Shown: positions 1 to 8,486 of the stretch, one piece after another
How positions within the stretch are numbered: the first letter of the stretch is position 1
Layout: each line of letters opens with the position of its first letter
NCBI GenBank assembly: GCA_033764315.1
Contig: JANRJA010000021.1
Coordinates: 1 to 30,436 of the forward strand
DNA length: 30,436 nucleotides
Direction of reading: 5' to 3'
DNA from: Oculatellaceae cyanobacterium bins.114
GTDB taxonomy: Bacteria > Cyanobacteriota > Cyanobacteriia > Elainellales > Elainellaceae
Notes under the pieces: generated by a model
The model's database searches: none
What the model was told of the DNA's origin: nothing
Seen by the model: the letters and a program-made list of their open reading frames with translations, nothing else
Position numbers and translations under genes: made by a program

Positions 1-193
1 AGGCAAAGGCAATGGCTCAAATCCTGATGCTGGGAAAGCTTTCTGACTCGCCTCCGCCCTATCGAATGTGGCTACGGCTATACCTCCTGACTTTTTTCTC
101 TCCTCTCATGCGATCGCTCTAGCCAGAGAAAATTTGGGGAACTGACCCAGCGAATGCTGCGGTTTCAACCGCCACTCCTCCAAGCATCAGATG

Positions 194-235
194 CACCCAA
201 CACAAAACACCCAACACAAAACACCCAACACAAAA
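194..235. repeat. Tandem repeat, 3 x 14 bp CACCCAACACAAAA (STRR-like)
   Basis: Exact copies at 194-207, 208-221 and 222-235. Confidence 0.9.
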
Positions 236-244
236 TTCAACAAA

Positions 245-356
245 ACGCGATGTGCAATTTAGGGATTTAGATCCCCGGTTTCTCGTTGGAGTTGACTGAA
301 AGGTGCCTTGTTACATCCCTAGAAACTGGGGGATCTGGAATAGTCACACATAGGGT
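245..356. mobile_element. ~110 bp MITE/REP-like dispersed repeat, copy 1
   Basis: Starts ACGCGATGTGCAA.TTAG...TTTAGATCCCCGGTT.CTCGTT like the copy at 26934-27044. Internal inverted repeat AGATCCCC.GTTTCT / AGAAAC.GGGGATCT. Confidence 0.65.
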
Positions 357-370
357 AAGCAAACGCAAAA

Positions 371-3300
371 TTAAGCAAACGCATAAGTTGCAGTGTTGGT
401 TGCAGCAAGAGAGCCAGCAATATTAGCCGCACTCAACCCAGTCACCCCTTCCAGGCTCATGAGCAAAGCACCAGAACCAAATCCTCCAGCGTTGGCAAGC
501 CGCAGTTGAGTGCTAGCTCCACTGACGACGACATCAACCTGCTCGATTTCAGTGATGGCTAATCGATCAAAACCCAGGTTAAACTGTCGAACCACGTCAC
601 TCCCGTCGCCACGCGCATAGAGCACGGTGTCGCGATCGCCATCCACACCCAGAGCCAAGACATCGTTCTCTGCCCCACCCACCAGCACATCGGCACCTAA
701 ACTTCCAGTGAGTGCATCTGCTCCATTGCCACCTCGCAAAATATCATTGCCAGCACTACCGTCTAAGGTGTCGTTGCCATCGCCCCCCTCAAGCAAATCA
801 TCTCCGGCTCCGCCATCGAGCACATCATTGTCTTTACCGCCATCAAGATAGTCGTTGCCTGACTCACCAGCCAATGTATCGTTTTCAGTGCCCCCTTTCA
901 AAAAATCATCACCCTCTCCTCCATTCAATCGGTCAATTCCGGCATCTCCATCAAGCACATCATTTTCGGTACCCCCGTTGAGGCGATCGCTCCCGGTGCC
1001 CCCGTTGAGATAGTCTTTTCCAGCGTCTCCTGCTAGCACATCATCCCCTGACTCGCCCCAGAGATAGTCATCTCCGTCTTGTCCTGACATGGAGTCATTT
1101 TGCTCGCCGCCATACAGAGAGTCATTTCCGACATCACCCCGCATGATATCTTGACCAAGTCCTCCAATCAGCGTGTCATTGCCTGTTTCGCCATTAATTC
1201 TGTCGTCACCTGCATCGCCACTCACATAATCGCTGCCGGGTCCTGCCGTGATCGTGTCGTTGCCTGCTTCACCCCAGAGCGAGTCGTTGCCCAACCCACC
1301 CATCAAGGTGTCATTTCCAGAACCCCCCATCAAAATATCTTGACCTGCAAAACCAATGACTCGATCAATTCCTGATTTGCCCAACATCACATTAGCGGCA
1401 TTGGTTCCCTTGAGCAGATTATTACGCCAGTTGCCTGAGATGGTTCTAACTCGCTGAGGCGCAAAGACAGAATCGGCTCCAGTTATCCGAGTTTGCCCAC
1501 GAGCAGACCCATAGGTGGCATTTCCAGTGATGGTGTTATTGTTGTCTCCGAGCGATCGCTCACGAATGCTATAGCGAGCACGATTGACGAGAGAACTGCG
1601 AACGAAATTGTTTTGCAGCGTGTTGTAGGTGGAATAAGTCAGGTTGTCACTGTAAAGCTCAACTTCACTATACGCTTCATTACGTGACTGTGAATTATCA
1701 AATATCCAGTTGTTTGCAATCGTGTTACCCGATGAGCTAAGAACCGCAACCCCATAGCGACCATTGCGTTGAATAACATTACCTTCAATATCATTGCCGC
1801 CTTCTTCAAATGAATAAATACCATTCGTTGAATTCAACGCAATTTGGTTGCTTTGAATGAATAAGTTGCGACTTCCTAACTGAATAGTGACTCCATTACC
1901 TCCGTTATCAATACTGACATTGTTGCTGACACGTGTGTTTTCAGAGTCTGTCACCAGGTTAATTCCGTGGCGATCATTATTGAATGTCAAATTGTTTTCA
2001 ACAACTGAATCAATCACTTTGTCGAGCGTAATTCCATCTAGTCCGCTATTCTCAACGATGTTATTGCGAATTGTAAGATTTGTAGTAGGTGTCCCATTGG
2101 CTGAGTTTTCGTGAGGATCAAAACCATAGGATGATGTGTTACGAATATAGAGATTTTCAAATGAGCTACTGTCATAAACTCCATAAACACCATACTTATT
2201 GCTTTTAACAGACTGGCGTTCACGGTTGCCATCGATCTGTAAATCGGCGATATGAGCGTTATAGATTTCAACGTTAGAACTCAGTAGACCCGGTCCTTGA
2301 GAACGAATGATGCCTGCATCACTCAGTGTGGCTTGATCTGTAAGACGAATGATGGTACGCCAACCAGATCCGCGTAAGGTAACGTTGCTTCTCAAGCGAA
2401 TGTTATCTGAGGTCGTAAACACTCCTGGTAATAAGACAACCGTTCCACTCCCTGCTGCATTAACTTCAGCGATCGCCCGATTAATGATTTCCTGATCATT
2501 GGTTCCAGTTGCCCGATAGGTTGCTCCTGCGGCTGTGACGGCGTCGGTGTCACTGGCAGCAATCACAATAGTCAGACTGGTTCCGGCGGGTGGGATGGAC
2601 GTGATGCGTGACGTGCTTGAAACATAGGTATTGACCTGGACAGGTTGATTGAGAGCATTGCCACTGGCATCATAACGACGCTCATAGGTGCGGAAACTGG
2701 TATGGGTTGGGTCAGCCGAATGCCAGACGATCGCATAGCCACCCGATGCCAAGCCTGTAATAGCCGCTCGACCGCGATCGCTGCTAGGAAAGGTATTGAC
2801 TTGAAGATCTTGATTAACAGGAGCACCGTTGACATCAAATTGTCGGGCAAAGACAGTGTAATCATCTGTAAAATTGGGCCGCGATCGCCATGTAATCACA
2901 AATCCACCCGTTGCTAATGCCGCAATTTGAGGCGTATTTTGTTCGCCTACGGTTCCAGCATTGACGACAAATTCGTTACCAATGGCTGTGCCATCGGCAC
3001 TAAAACGACGAGCGACAATGCCGTAGTTATCTCCATCCTGTCCGTAAGAGGCCCAAGTGGCGACAAATCCTCCATCCTTGAGAGCCGCGATCGCCGGACG
3101 ATTTTGAGAACCACTTGTGTAGGAGTTGATGCGAAATTCATTGCCAACCGCTGCACCACTAGCGTTATAGGTCTGAGCATAAACGCCATATTCGCTGCCA
3201 TCTTGAGCATTGGAGTGCCAACTAATCAGAAAATCACCATTTTGCAGAGCGGTCACGGCAGGTTTTGCCTGGTTGCCATCGGTAAAGGTGTTGACAGGAA

Positions 3301-3811
3301 ACGCTCTGCTCACAGGAGTGCCATCGGCAGCAAACACACGGGCAAAGACACTCAGTGATTGTTCATCGTCTTCTTGTTGACGTGAATCCCAAGTGATTAC
3401 AAAGTTGCCATTGCTAAGGGTGGCGATCGCCGCATTTTGTTGAAAGTTAGCTTGAGCTGTGTTGACTAAAAACTCCCCACTTAAAGCATTGCCTGCGGCA
3501 TCATAGCGACGGGCAAAAATGTCGTATTCAGTGCCTCCAAAGTTGCGAGATTGCCACGTCACAACAAAACTACCATCTGGATAAGTTGCGACAGCCGGAG
3601 TATCCTGGTTATCTTTTGTCGTGACATTAATTAAAAATTCCGTACCAATCGGATTGCCAGAGCCATCATAACGTTGAGCATAGATGCCAGTATCCATGCC
3701 ATCTTGATATTCTGACTGCCAAACAGCAATAAATCCCCCATTGGGCAAGGCCGCCACCGCAGGATGAGGCTGTTTGTATTGAGGCCGCGTGGTAATGTCA
3801 AAACCTGTCAT
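371..3811 (-). CDS. Secreted AlgE-type mannuronan C-5 epimerase/lyase-like protein: seven propeller-like repeats, right-handed beta-helix A-module, RTX Ca-binding repeats
   Basis: Seven ~55-aa repeats (PAVAALxxGGFVxxW..ARRYDxxG..EFxVN). Central module has LQIDGNR, YGFDPHE, GLDGITLD and NNDRHGIN, as in Azotobacter AlgE A-modules. Many GGxGxDxLx nonapeptides and no N-terminal signal peptide, consistent with type I secretion. Confidence 0.85.
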   Translation of the reverse strand: MTGFDITTRPQYKQPHPAVAALPNGGFIAVWQSEYQDGMDTGIYAQRYDGSGNPIGTEFLINVTTKDNQDTPAVATYPDGSFVVTWQSRNFGGTEYDIFARRYDAAGNALSGEFLVNTAQANFQQNAAIATLSNGNFVITWDSRQQEDDEQSLSVFARVFAADGTPVSRAFPVNTFTDGNQAKPAVTALQNGDFLISWHSNAQDGSEYGVYAQTYNASGAAVGNEFRINSYTSGSQNRPAIAALKDGGFVATWASYGQDGDNYGIVARRFSADGTAIGNEFVVNAGTVGEQNTPQIAALATGGFVITWRSRPNFTDDYTVFARQFDVNGAPVNQDLQVNTFPSSDRGRAAITGLASGGYAIVWHSADPTHTSFRTYERRYDASGNALNQPVQVNTYVSSTSRITSIPPAGTSLTIVIAASDTDAVTAAGATYRATGTNDQEIINRAIAEVNAAGSGTVVLLPGVFTTSDNIRLRSNVTLRGSGWRTIIRLTDQATLSDAGIIRSQGPGLLSSNVEIYNAHIADLQIDGNRERQSVKSNKYGVYGVYDSSSFENLYIRNTSSYGFDPHENSANGTPTTNLTIRNNIVENSGLDGITLDKVIDSVVENNLTFNNDRHGINLVTDSENTRVSNNVSIDNGGNGVTIQLGSRNLFIQSNQIALNSTNGIYSFEEGGNDIEGNVIQRNGRYGVAVLSSSGNTIANNWIFDNSQSRNEAYSEVELYSDNLTYSTYNTLQNNFVRSSLVNRARYSIRERSLGDNNNTITGNATYGSARGQTRITGADSVFAPQRVRTISGNWRNNLLKGTNAANVMLGKSGIDRVIGFAGQDILMGGSGNDTLMGGLGNDSLWGEAGNDTITAGPGSDYVSGDAGDDRINGETGNDTLIGGLGQDIMRGDVGNDSLYGGEQNDSMSGQDGDDYLWGESGDDVLAGDAGKDYLNGGTGSDRLNGGTENDVLDGDAGIDRLNGGEGDDFLKGGTENDTLAGESGNDYLDGGKDNDVLDGGAGDDLLEGGDGNDTLDGSAGNDILRGGNGADALTGSLGADVLVGGAENDVLALGVDGDRDTVLYARGDGSDVVRQFNLGFDRLAITEIEQVDVVVSGASTQLRLANAGGFGSGALLMSLEGVTGLSAANIAGSLAATNTATYAFA

Positions 3812-3877
3812 ATCGGATACTCCAGAGATGAGAAATACGATTTGTAATTGACTGGGAACAGGAATAAGGCGTCAGGA

Positions 3878-6058
3878 TTATGGGCGAGTTGTATTGCTCG
3901 AAATGGTGCTCAGTGTCTCTGTTGTCGAGAGATTGCCTCTCAACTGAGTATTGGTCGCGTCGATCAATACAACATCTTTGGCATTGGAATACTGATCGAG
4001 TGACACATATTCCACGACAACTTGGTTTGTATTTTGCAACACTAGACTTCGACCAGCACTGCGTTCTAGTCGCAAGTTGCGTAGTGATGATTGAGTCACA
4101 TGATTGAGAAAAATGCTGTCTGGAATGGAAGCACCTGACTCAAATTGAGGTCGCAGCGAGAATCCTTGTAAATGCACTTGTTCTAAGGGCAACGCTGTTT
4201 TTGGATCAGGGGCGATCGCGACAATCGCATGGGCTTCGGCTTGTGTTTTGGCATCAAACACCACATTCAAAATAGTGCGCTCGGCTCCCTGTCCGACAAT
4301 CATGGTCTGACTCCGCCGAATCGTGACAGGGTGAGAAAACAATAATTCCCCAATCGGTAAATTGATTTTCACGGTGCCTTGTTCCTTTGATAGCCCATTC
4401 ACTAATGCTTGCAGCGGAGCAGCATCATCTTTGTCATCGCCAGCAATGACCCCGTAATCTCTAGCATTAACTGTTTGAATGATGGGAGCTTCATAGTGAC
4501 TGTTTCGCCAAATGGCAACCATATCTTTAACGGGACTAAGCACCCCCAAGACCCAAAACAGCAACACTCCAAAGCAAAAGATTTGGGTAAAGAGCAAAAA
4601 CTTTGAAACACCTTGAGCAATTTGGACGGCGCGAGAATTGCCATCGGCTGAAAGTTTGCGATCGCCCCGATTAAACCAACGTTGTTGTGCCAGGTTCATC
4701 AGTGTCCAAATTTTGATCAACGCAGATGACCACTGCGAAAGCAACAGTAACGGTAAATGCACAGGCTTGAGAATCGATTCTCGATTCCAAAAGATGAGGG
4801 TCAATGTCAGCGATCGACTGAACAACAGCCAACACACAAGAACCCCCACCACTAACCATTTGCCGGTGAAAAGAGCGACTAATAGCAAGAAAGGTGAGAC
4901 TAGACAAGTCCACATGCTGAGGCGTTGATCAAGCAAACATAACCAGACAAACAATCCAGTTCGTCGGGGTCCCAATGCCAAAGCTCGATTGCCATTTCGC
5001 AGCATATTGCCAAACCAGCGACGCATATTTTGATACATGCGATTAAACAGCGAACCTGAGACTGTCTCAATGGAATAAACCACCACATCTGGAATGTACA
5101 GCAGTTCATAATTTCCTCGACGCAGCAACCAATACCAGGTCGTTTTGTCATCTCCAGAAAGAAATTTAAACTGTCCCCACAGCCAGTCGTTCAACATGTC
5201 ATTCTCTAACTGATCCGCAAAGGTTGGGTGCAGAGCCGCTTCACTGCGATAAAGCGAAAATCGTCCCGTTAAACACAACACTTTCTTAGACAGTGAGATT
5301 GAACACATTTGGTAGTGTCGTTGCGAAAACCGCAAATGAAACCACTCAGAGAAGATATAAGACCCCGACACAATAGGAACTTCATCCGTTGTGAGTGCTC
5401 CTAATTTAGGAAACATGACAAAGAATGGAAGACACCGTTGCAGCGTACCGGGGGTGATGACTGAGTCTCCGTCCATCAACCCGACAATTGTGTTTTTAGG
5501 TAAGTCAAGACGGGCAAGTTCTCTCAACCCCACGGCCAGTGCTTTGCGTTTGCCTTGTCCTGGATCAGCAACATGATAAACCTGCACAGAAGACAAGGTT
5601 GGATCTGCCAATTGCAGTGCTCGAATAATATCTGCATCTTCTTCGGGGCCGCTGCTGACGGTTACTAAAATCAGGGGTTGAGAAAACGCTTTTGCTTCTT
5701 CAGCGATCGCCCGAAACACCCGTTTGGTAATCCACGGTTTCTCTTTATAAGTTGGCACTAATAAACAGATAGGGGGCAGATCCTCTAGCGGAATTGCATT
5801 TGCTTGCCGACGCCAACGAGCAAAGACAAACTTTTGATAGATCCCCGATCGCAGCAGATGCAACCCAAACCAGAGCCAACGCCAAATACCAATGATTCCT
5901 AAACCGATTAAACTCGACCAACCCAAAGCTGCTAGTTTTGCTGGGTTATGTAAAGAGTAGAGACCAATCAAACCAAAAACTGCGATCGCCAACACAGCAA
6001 TCTGATTAAGATTTTGGATGATTTTTTGCCAAAGCGTTGAGACAGCCGCTTGAATCAT
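3878..6058 (-). CDS. alg8: Alg8-like GT2 mannuronan polymerase with C-terminal pectate-lyase-3-like beta-helix domain
   Basis: N-terminal TM helices, then PTYKE, DGD, LTGRFSLYR, LSGDDK and NMRRW GT2/Alg8 motifs, further TMs, then a VNARDYGVIAGDDKDDAAPLQAL beta-helix cap. ATG at 6058 preferred over the ORF-track start at 6115. Confidence 0.8.
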   Translation of the reverse strand: MIQAAVSTLWQKIIQNLNQIAVLAIAVFGLIGLYSLHNPAKLAALGWSSLIGLGIIGIWRWLWFGLHLLRSGIYQKFVFARWRRQANAIPLEDLPPICLLVPTYKEKPWITKRVFRAIAEEAKAFSQPLILVTVSSGPEEDADIIRALQLADPTLSSVQVYHVADPGQGKRKALAVGLRELARLDLPKNTIVGLMDGDSVITPGTLQRCLPFFVMFPKLGALTTDEVPIVSGSYIFSEWFHLRFSQRHYQMCSISLSKKVLCLTGRFSLYRSEAALHPTFADQLENDMLNDWLWGQFKFLSGDDKTTWYWLLRRGNYELLYIPDVVVYSIETVSGSLFNRMYQNMRRWFGNMLRNGNRALALGPRRTGLFVWLCLLDQRLSMWTCLVSPFLLLVALFTGKWLVVGVLVCWLLFSRSLTLTLIFWNRESILKPVHLPLLLLSQWSSALIKIWTLMNLAQQRWFNRGDRKLSADGNSRAVQIAQGVSKFLLFTQIFCFGVLLFWVLGVLSPVKDMVAIWRNSHYEAPIIQTVNARDYGVIAGDDKDDAAPLQALVNGLSKEQGTVKINLPIGELLFSHPVTIRRSQTMIVGQGAERTILNVVFDAKTQAEAHAIVAIAPDPKTALPLEQVHLQGFSLRPQFESGASIPDSIFLNHVTQSSLRNLRLERSAGRSLVLQNTNQVVVEYVSLDQYSNAKDVVLIDATNTQLRGNLSTTETLSTISSNTTRP

Positions 6059-6204
6059 AACAGACCACACAAGAAGAGAAAAATGAAGAGAGAAGAGGAA
6101 AGCAAAGAGAAACAATAAAGGATCAAGAATGAAGGATAAAAGTAGATCTGATTGTTACTTTTAGCCGTTAACTGCTAACCTTCATCCTTGCCTTAAACCA
6201 TCCT

Positions 6205-6639
6205 CTAATGGGTTACAGAAGCGCGAGCATAATCATCTTGTAGGCGAACAATGTCGTCTTCTCCCAGATACTCTCCGTTTTGCACTTCAATCAATACGAG
6301 TGGCAAAATTCCAGGATTCTCTAACCGATGATTGGTACAAGAAGGAACATAGGTCGATTGGTTTGAAGAGAGTAAGGTGACAGAGTCTCCACAATATACT
6401 TTTGCTGTTCCTGAAACGACTATCCAATGCTCACTACGGTGGTGATGCATTTGTAAACTAAGGCGTTGTCCGGGCTTGACTTCAATACGTTTAATCTTGT
6501 AACCCCGTCCTTCTTCTAAGACAGTAAATGATCCCCAGGGGCGGATCTCCGTCGCTGCAATTCCTTCTAACACAGGGGATAAAGCAGGAGTAGATACGGG
6601 GACAACAGCTACCTTAGAGACGGTTTGAACGTGAGACAT
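6205..6639 (-). CDS. Mannose-6-phosphate isomerase type II C-terminal cupin (AlgA/ManC PMI domain only)
   Basis: RPWGSF, LSLQMHHHRSEHWIVVSG, HRLENPG, IEVQNGEYLGEDDIVR. GGAGG RBS upstream. Confidence 0.9.
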   Translation of the reverse strand: MSHVQTVSKVAVVPVSTPALSPVLEGIAATEIRPWGSFTVLEEGRGYKIKRIEVKPGQRLSLQMHHHRSEHWIVVSGTAKVYCGDSVTLLSSNQSTYVPSCTNHRLENPGILPLVLIEVQNGEYLGEDDIVRLQDDYARASVTH

Positions 6640-6982
6640 CTGGCTTCCTCCACAACAGGAATCAATAATGATGAGATGAAATAGTAGTGAAACGGTCGGG
6701 TCAATTTTGAGGTTGGGTGCAACACCATCCTGGACAAGAGACGTTGTTGCACACCGGATTGTGGAATGCGCTAGACTCTAGGTCTGGAATCTAGAGTTCT
6801 AACTGGACATTAGGCTCGGATTCTAAGCGGGATACTTCAGGCTTCGATCGCTGCACTCTGGACTATATAGCGGCGTTTTGGGGTCTGAAGTTTTCTTTTG
6901 AGCAGAGAGAGCGATGCAACAGAGTTGTCCTGATGGAGTAGTCGCTGTCTGGGTTTGGGATAAATCATTGACTCATTCTCCC

Positions 6983-8296
6983 TTAAGCCACTGGGGCAGG
7001 TGTAGGCATCTCCAACTTGCGAATTGCTTGGGTTTCCCAAGTCATCAGGTCTAAAACAGGCTTTTCAGTGGCTTCCAGTGCAGCGGTAAATTCAGGACGA
7101 TGTTGAGTCAAAACGACAGCATCTGTTTGTTGCAGCGTCTGATCTAAGTCAGCGCAAAAGACTTGGCGAATTTGGGGCAACTGGCGTTCTAGATATTCCC
7201 GGTTGCTGCCCAACATGGTGTCAAGGTCAATGTCAGCGTCATGCACCACAATTTTGATGCCGTCTTGCCAGAGTTGATTAATCAGGTTGATCACTGGGCT
7301 TTCGCGCAGGTCATCGGTACCTGCTTTAAAGCTCAGACCTAAGATCGCCACACTGCGAACCCCCAGGTCATGTACTTTTAACCGAGCCGTGTCGATGTGC
7401 AGTTGATTGCTGGGCAAAATGGATTCCAGAATAGGGAGTTTTTCACCCAGACGGTAGGAGTTAAAGACCAGAGAACGTAAGTCTTTGGGCAAACAGGAAC
7501 CACCAAAGGCAAAGCCTGGTTTGAGATATTTGGGAGAAATGTTGAGCTTGGTGTCAGCACATAACAACTGCATGATGGTGTGACTATCGACTCCAATCGA
7601 GTCGCAGAGACGACCAATCTCATTGGCAAAACCAACTTTGAGTGCATGGAAAGCATTGTTTACAACTTTCAGGACTTCTGCATCCTCTAGTGCAATGCGA
7701 TAAATGGGAGCCTCAATTCCGTTGTAGAGTGCAGCGACGGCATCACCAGAACGGCTGTCAAGTTCGCCAATCGCAGTCAGAGGGGGTTGATAAAAATCCT
7801 TAACCGCTGTCGTTTCTCGCAAAAACTCTGGGTTCATTGCCAAGCCAAAATCAGTGCCCACTTGCTTGCCAGAGTGCTCTTCTAAAATAGGCAATACTTG
7901 ATTGCGAGTAATGCCAGAGAAGACAGTGCTACGCATGACGACTACATGATAGCGATCGCTCTGCTTCATGCCTCGACCGATTTCACGCGCCACACTGTAA
8001 ATATAGTTGAGCACAGGGCTGCCATCGGGGGCACTGGGGGTGCCAACACAAATCAAGGACATATCTGCCCAAGAGACATAATCTGTGCCATTGGTCACTG
8101 CTTTAAGATTGCCGTTGTCTAACCCTTGACGAATCAAATCATCCAAGTCTGGTTCTTTGATTGGGCTGAATCCCTGGTTAAACTTTTCGACTTTTTCAGG
8201 ATTGACTTCAACTCCAACTACATCATGACCCCGCTCAGCCAAACAGGCTGAGACAACGGTTCCAACATAGCCTAAGCCCCATACTAATACGCGCAT
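6983..8296 (-). CDS. algD: GDP-mannose 6-dehydrogenase (UDP-glucose/GDP-mannose dehydrogenase family)
   Basis: GLGYVG Rossmann motif, ICVGTPS, RSTV, NPEFLRE, DTKLNISPKYLKPGFAFGGSCLPKD (AlgD-type catalytic Cys segment), LGLSFKAGTDDLRESP. AAGGAG RBS. Confidence 0.88.
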   Translation of the reverse strand: MRVLVWGLGYVGTVVSACLAERGHDVVGVEVNPEKVEKFNQGFSPIKEPDLDDLIRQGLDNGNLKAVTNGTDYVSWADMSLICVGTPSAPDGSPVLNYIYSVAREIGRGMKQSDRYHVVVMRSTVFSGITRNQVLPILEEHSGKQVGTDFGLAMNPEFLRETTAVKDFYQPPLTAIGELDSRSGDAVAALYNGIEAPIYRIALEDAEVLKVVNNAFHALKVGFANEIGRLCDSIGVDSHTIMQLLCADTKLNISPKYLKPGFAFGGSCLPKDLRSLVFNSYRLGEKLPILESILPSNQLHIDTARLKVHDLGVRSVAILGLSFKAGTDDLRESPVINLINQLWQDGIKIVVHDADIDLDTMLGSNREYLERQLPQIRQVFCADLDQTLQQTDAVVLTQHRPEFTAALEATEKPVLDLMTWETQAIRKLEMPTPAPVA

Positions 8297-8486
8297 CGAT
8301 TTACTCCTTGATGATGTAACAGATTCAGGTCAGATCGTCCCTCAACAGAACTCGATAACCGTTCTGTGAGTAAAGGACAACCGTTTAATGCAGGTGCCTC
8401 ACGCAAAAGTAGCTACGTCATTGGCGACCCTCCTTATTGAAGTGAAGTGGAAAAACGGTGACCTCAACAGGCGAGATCTCAACAGA

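Noticed and set aside
3..122. Open frame at the left edge ending in TAG (…YRMWLRLYLLTFFSPLMRSL)
   Set aside because: Could be the 3' end of an upstream gene, but it is too short to identify.
194..235. Possible CRISPR array (also 12104-12209 and 28756-28787)
   Set aside because: Repeats are contiguous with no unique spacers, and no cas genes are present.
627..3358. Plus-strand and alternate-frame ORFs inside the RTX gene (likewise inside other large genes)
   Set aside because: Shadow ORFs of well-supported genes with no recognisable motifs.
6837..7040. 67-aa ORF overlapping the algD 3' end
   Set aside because: Overlaps algD in another frame and has no motif.
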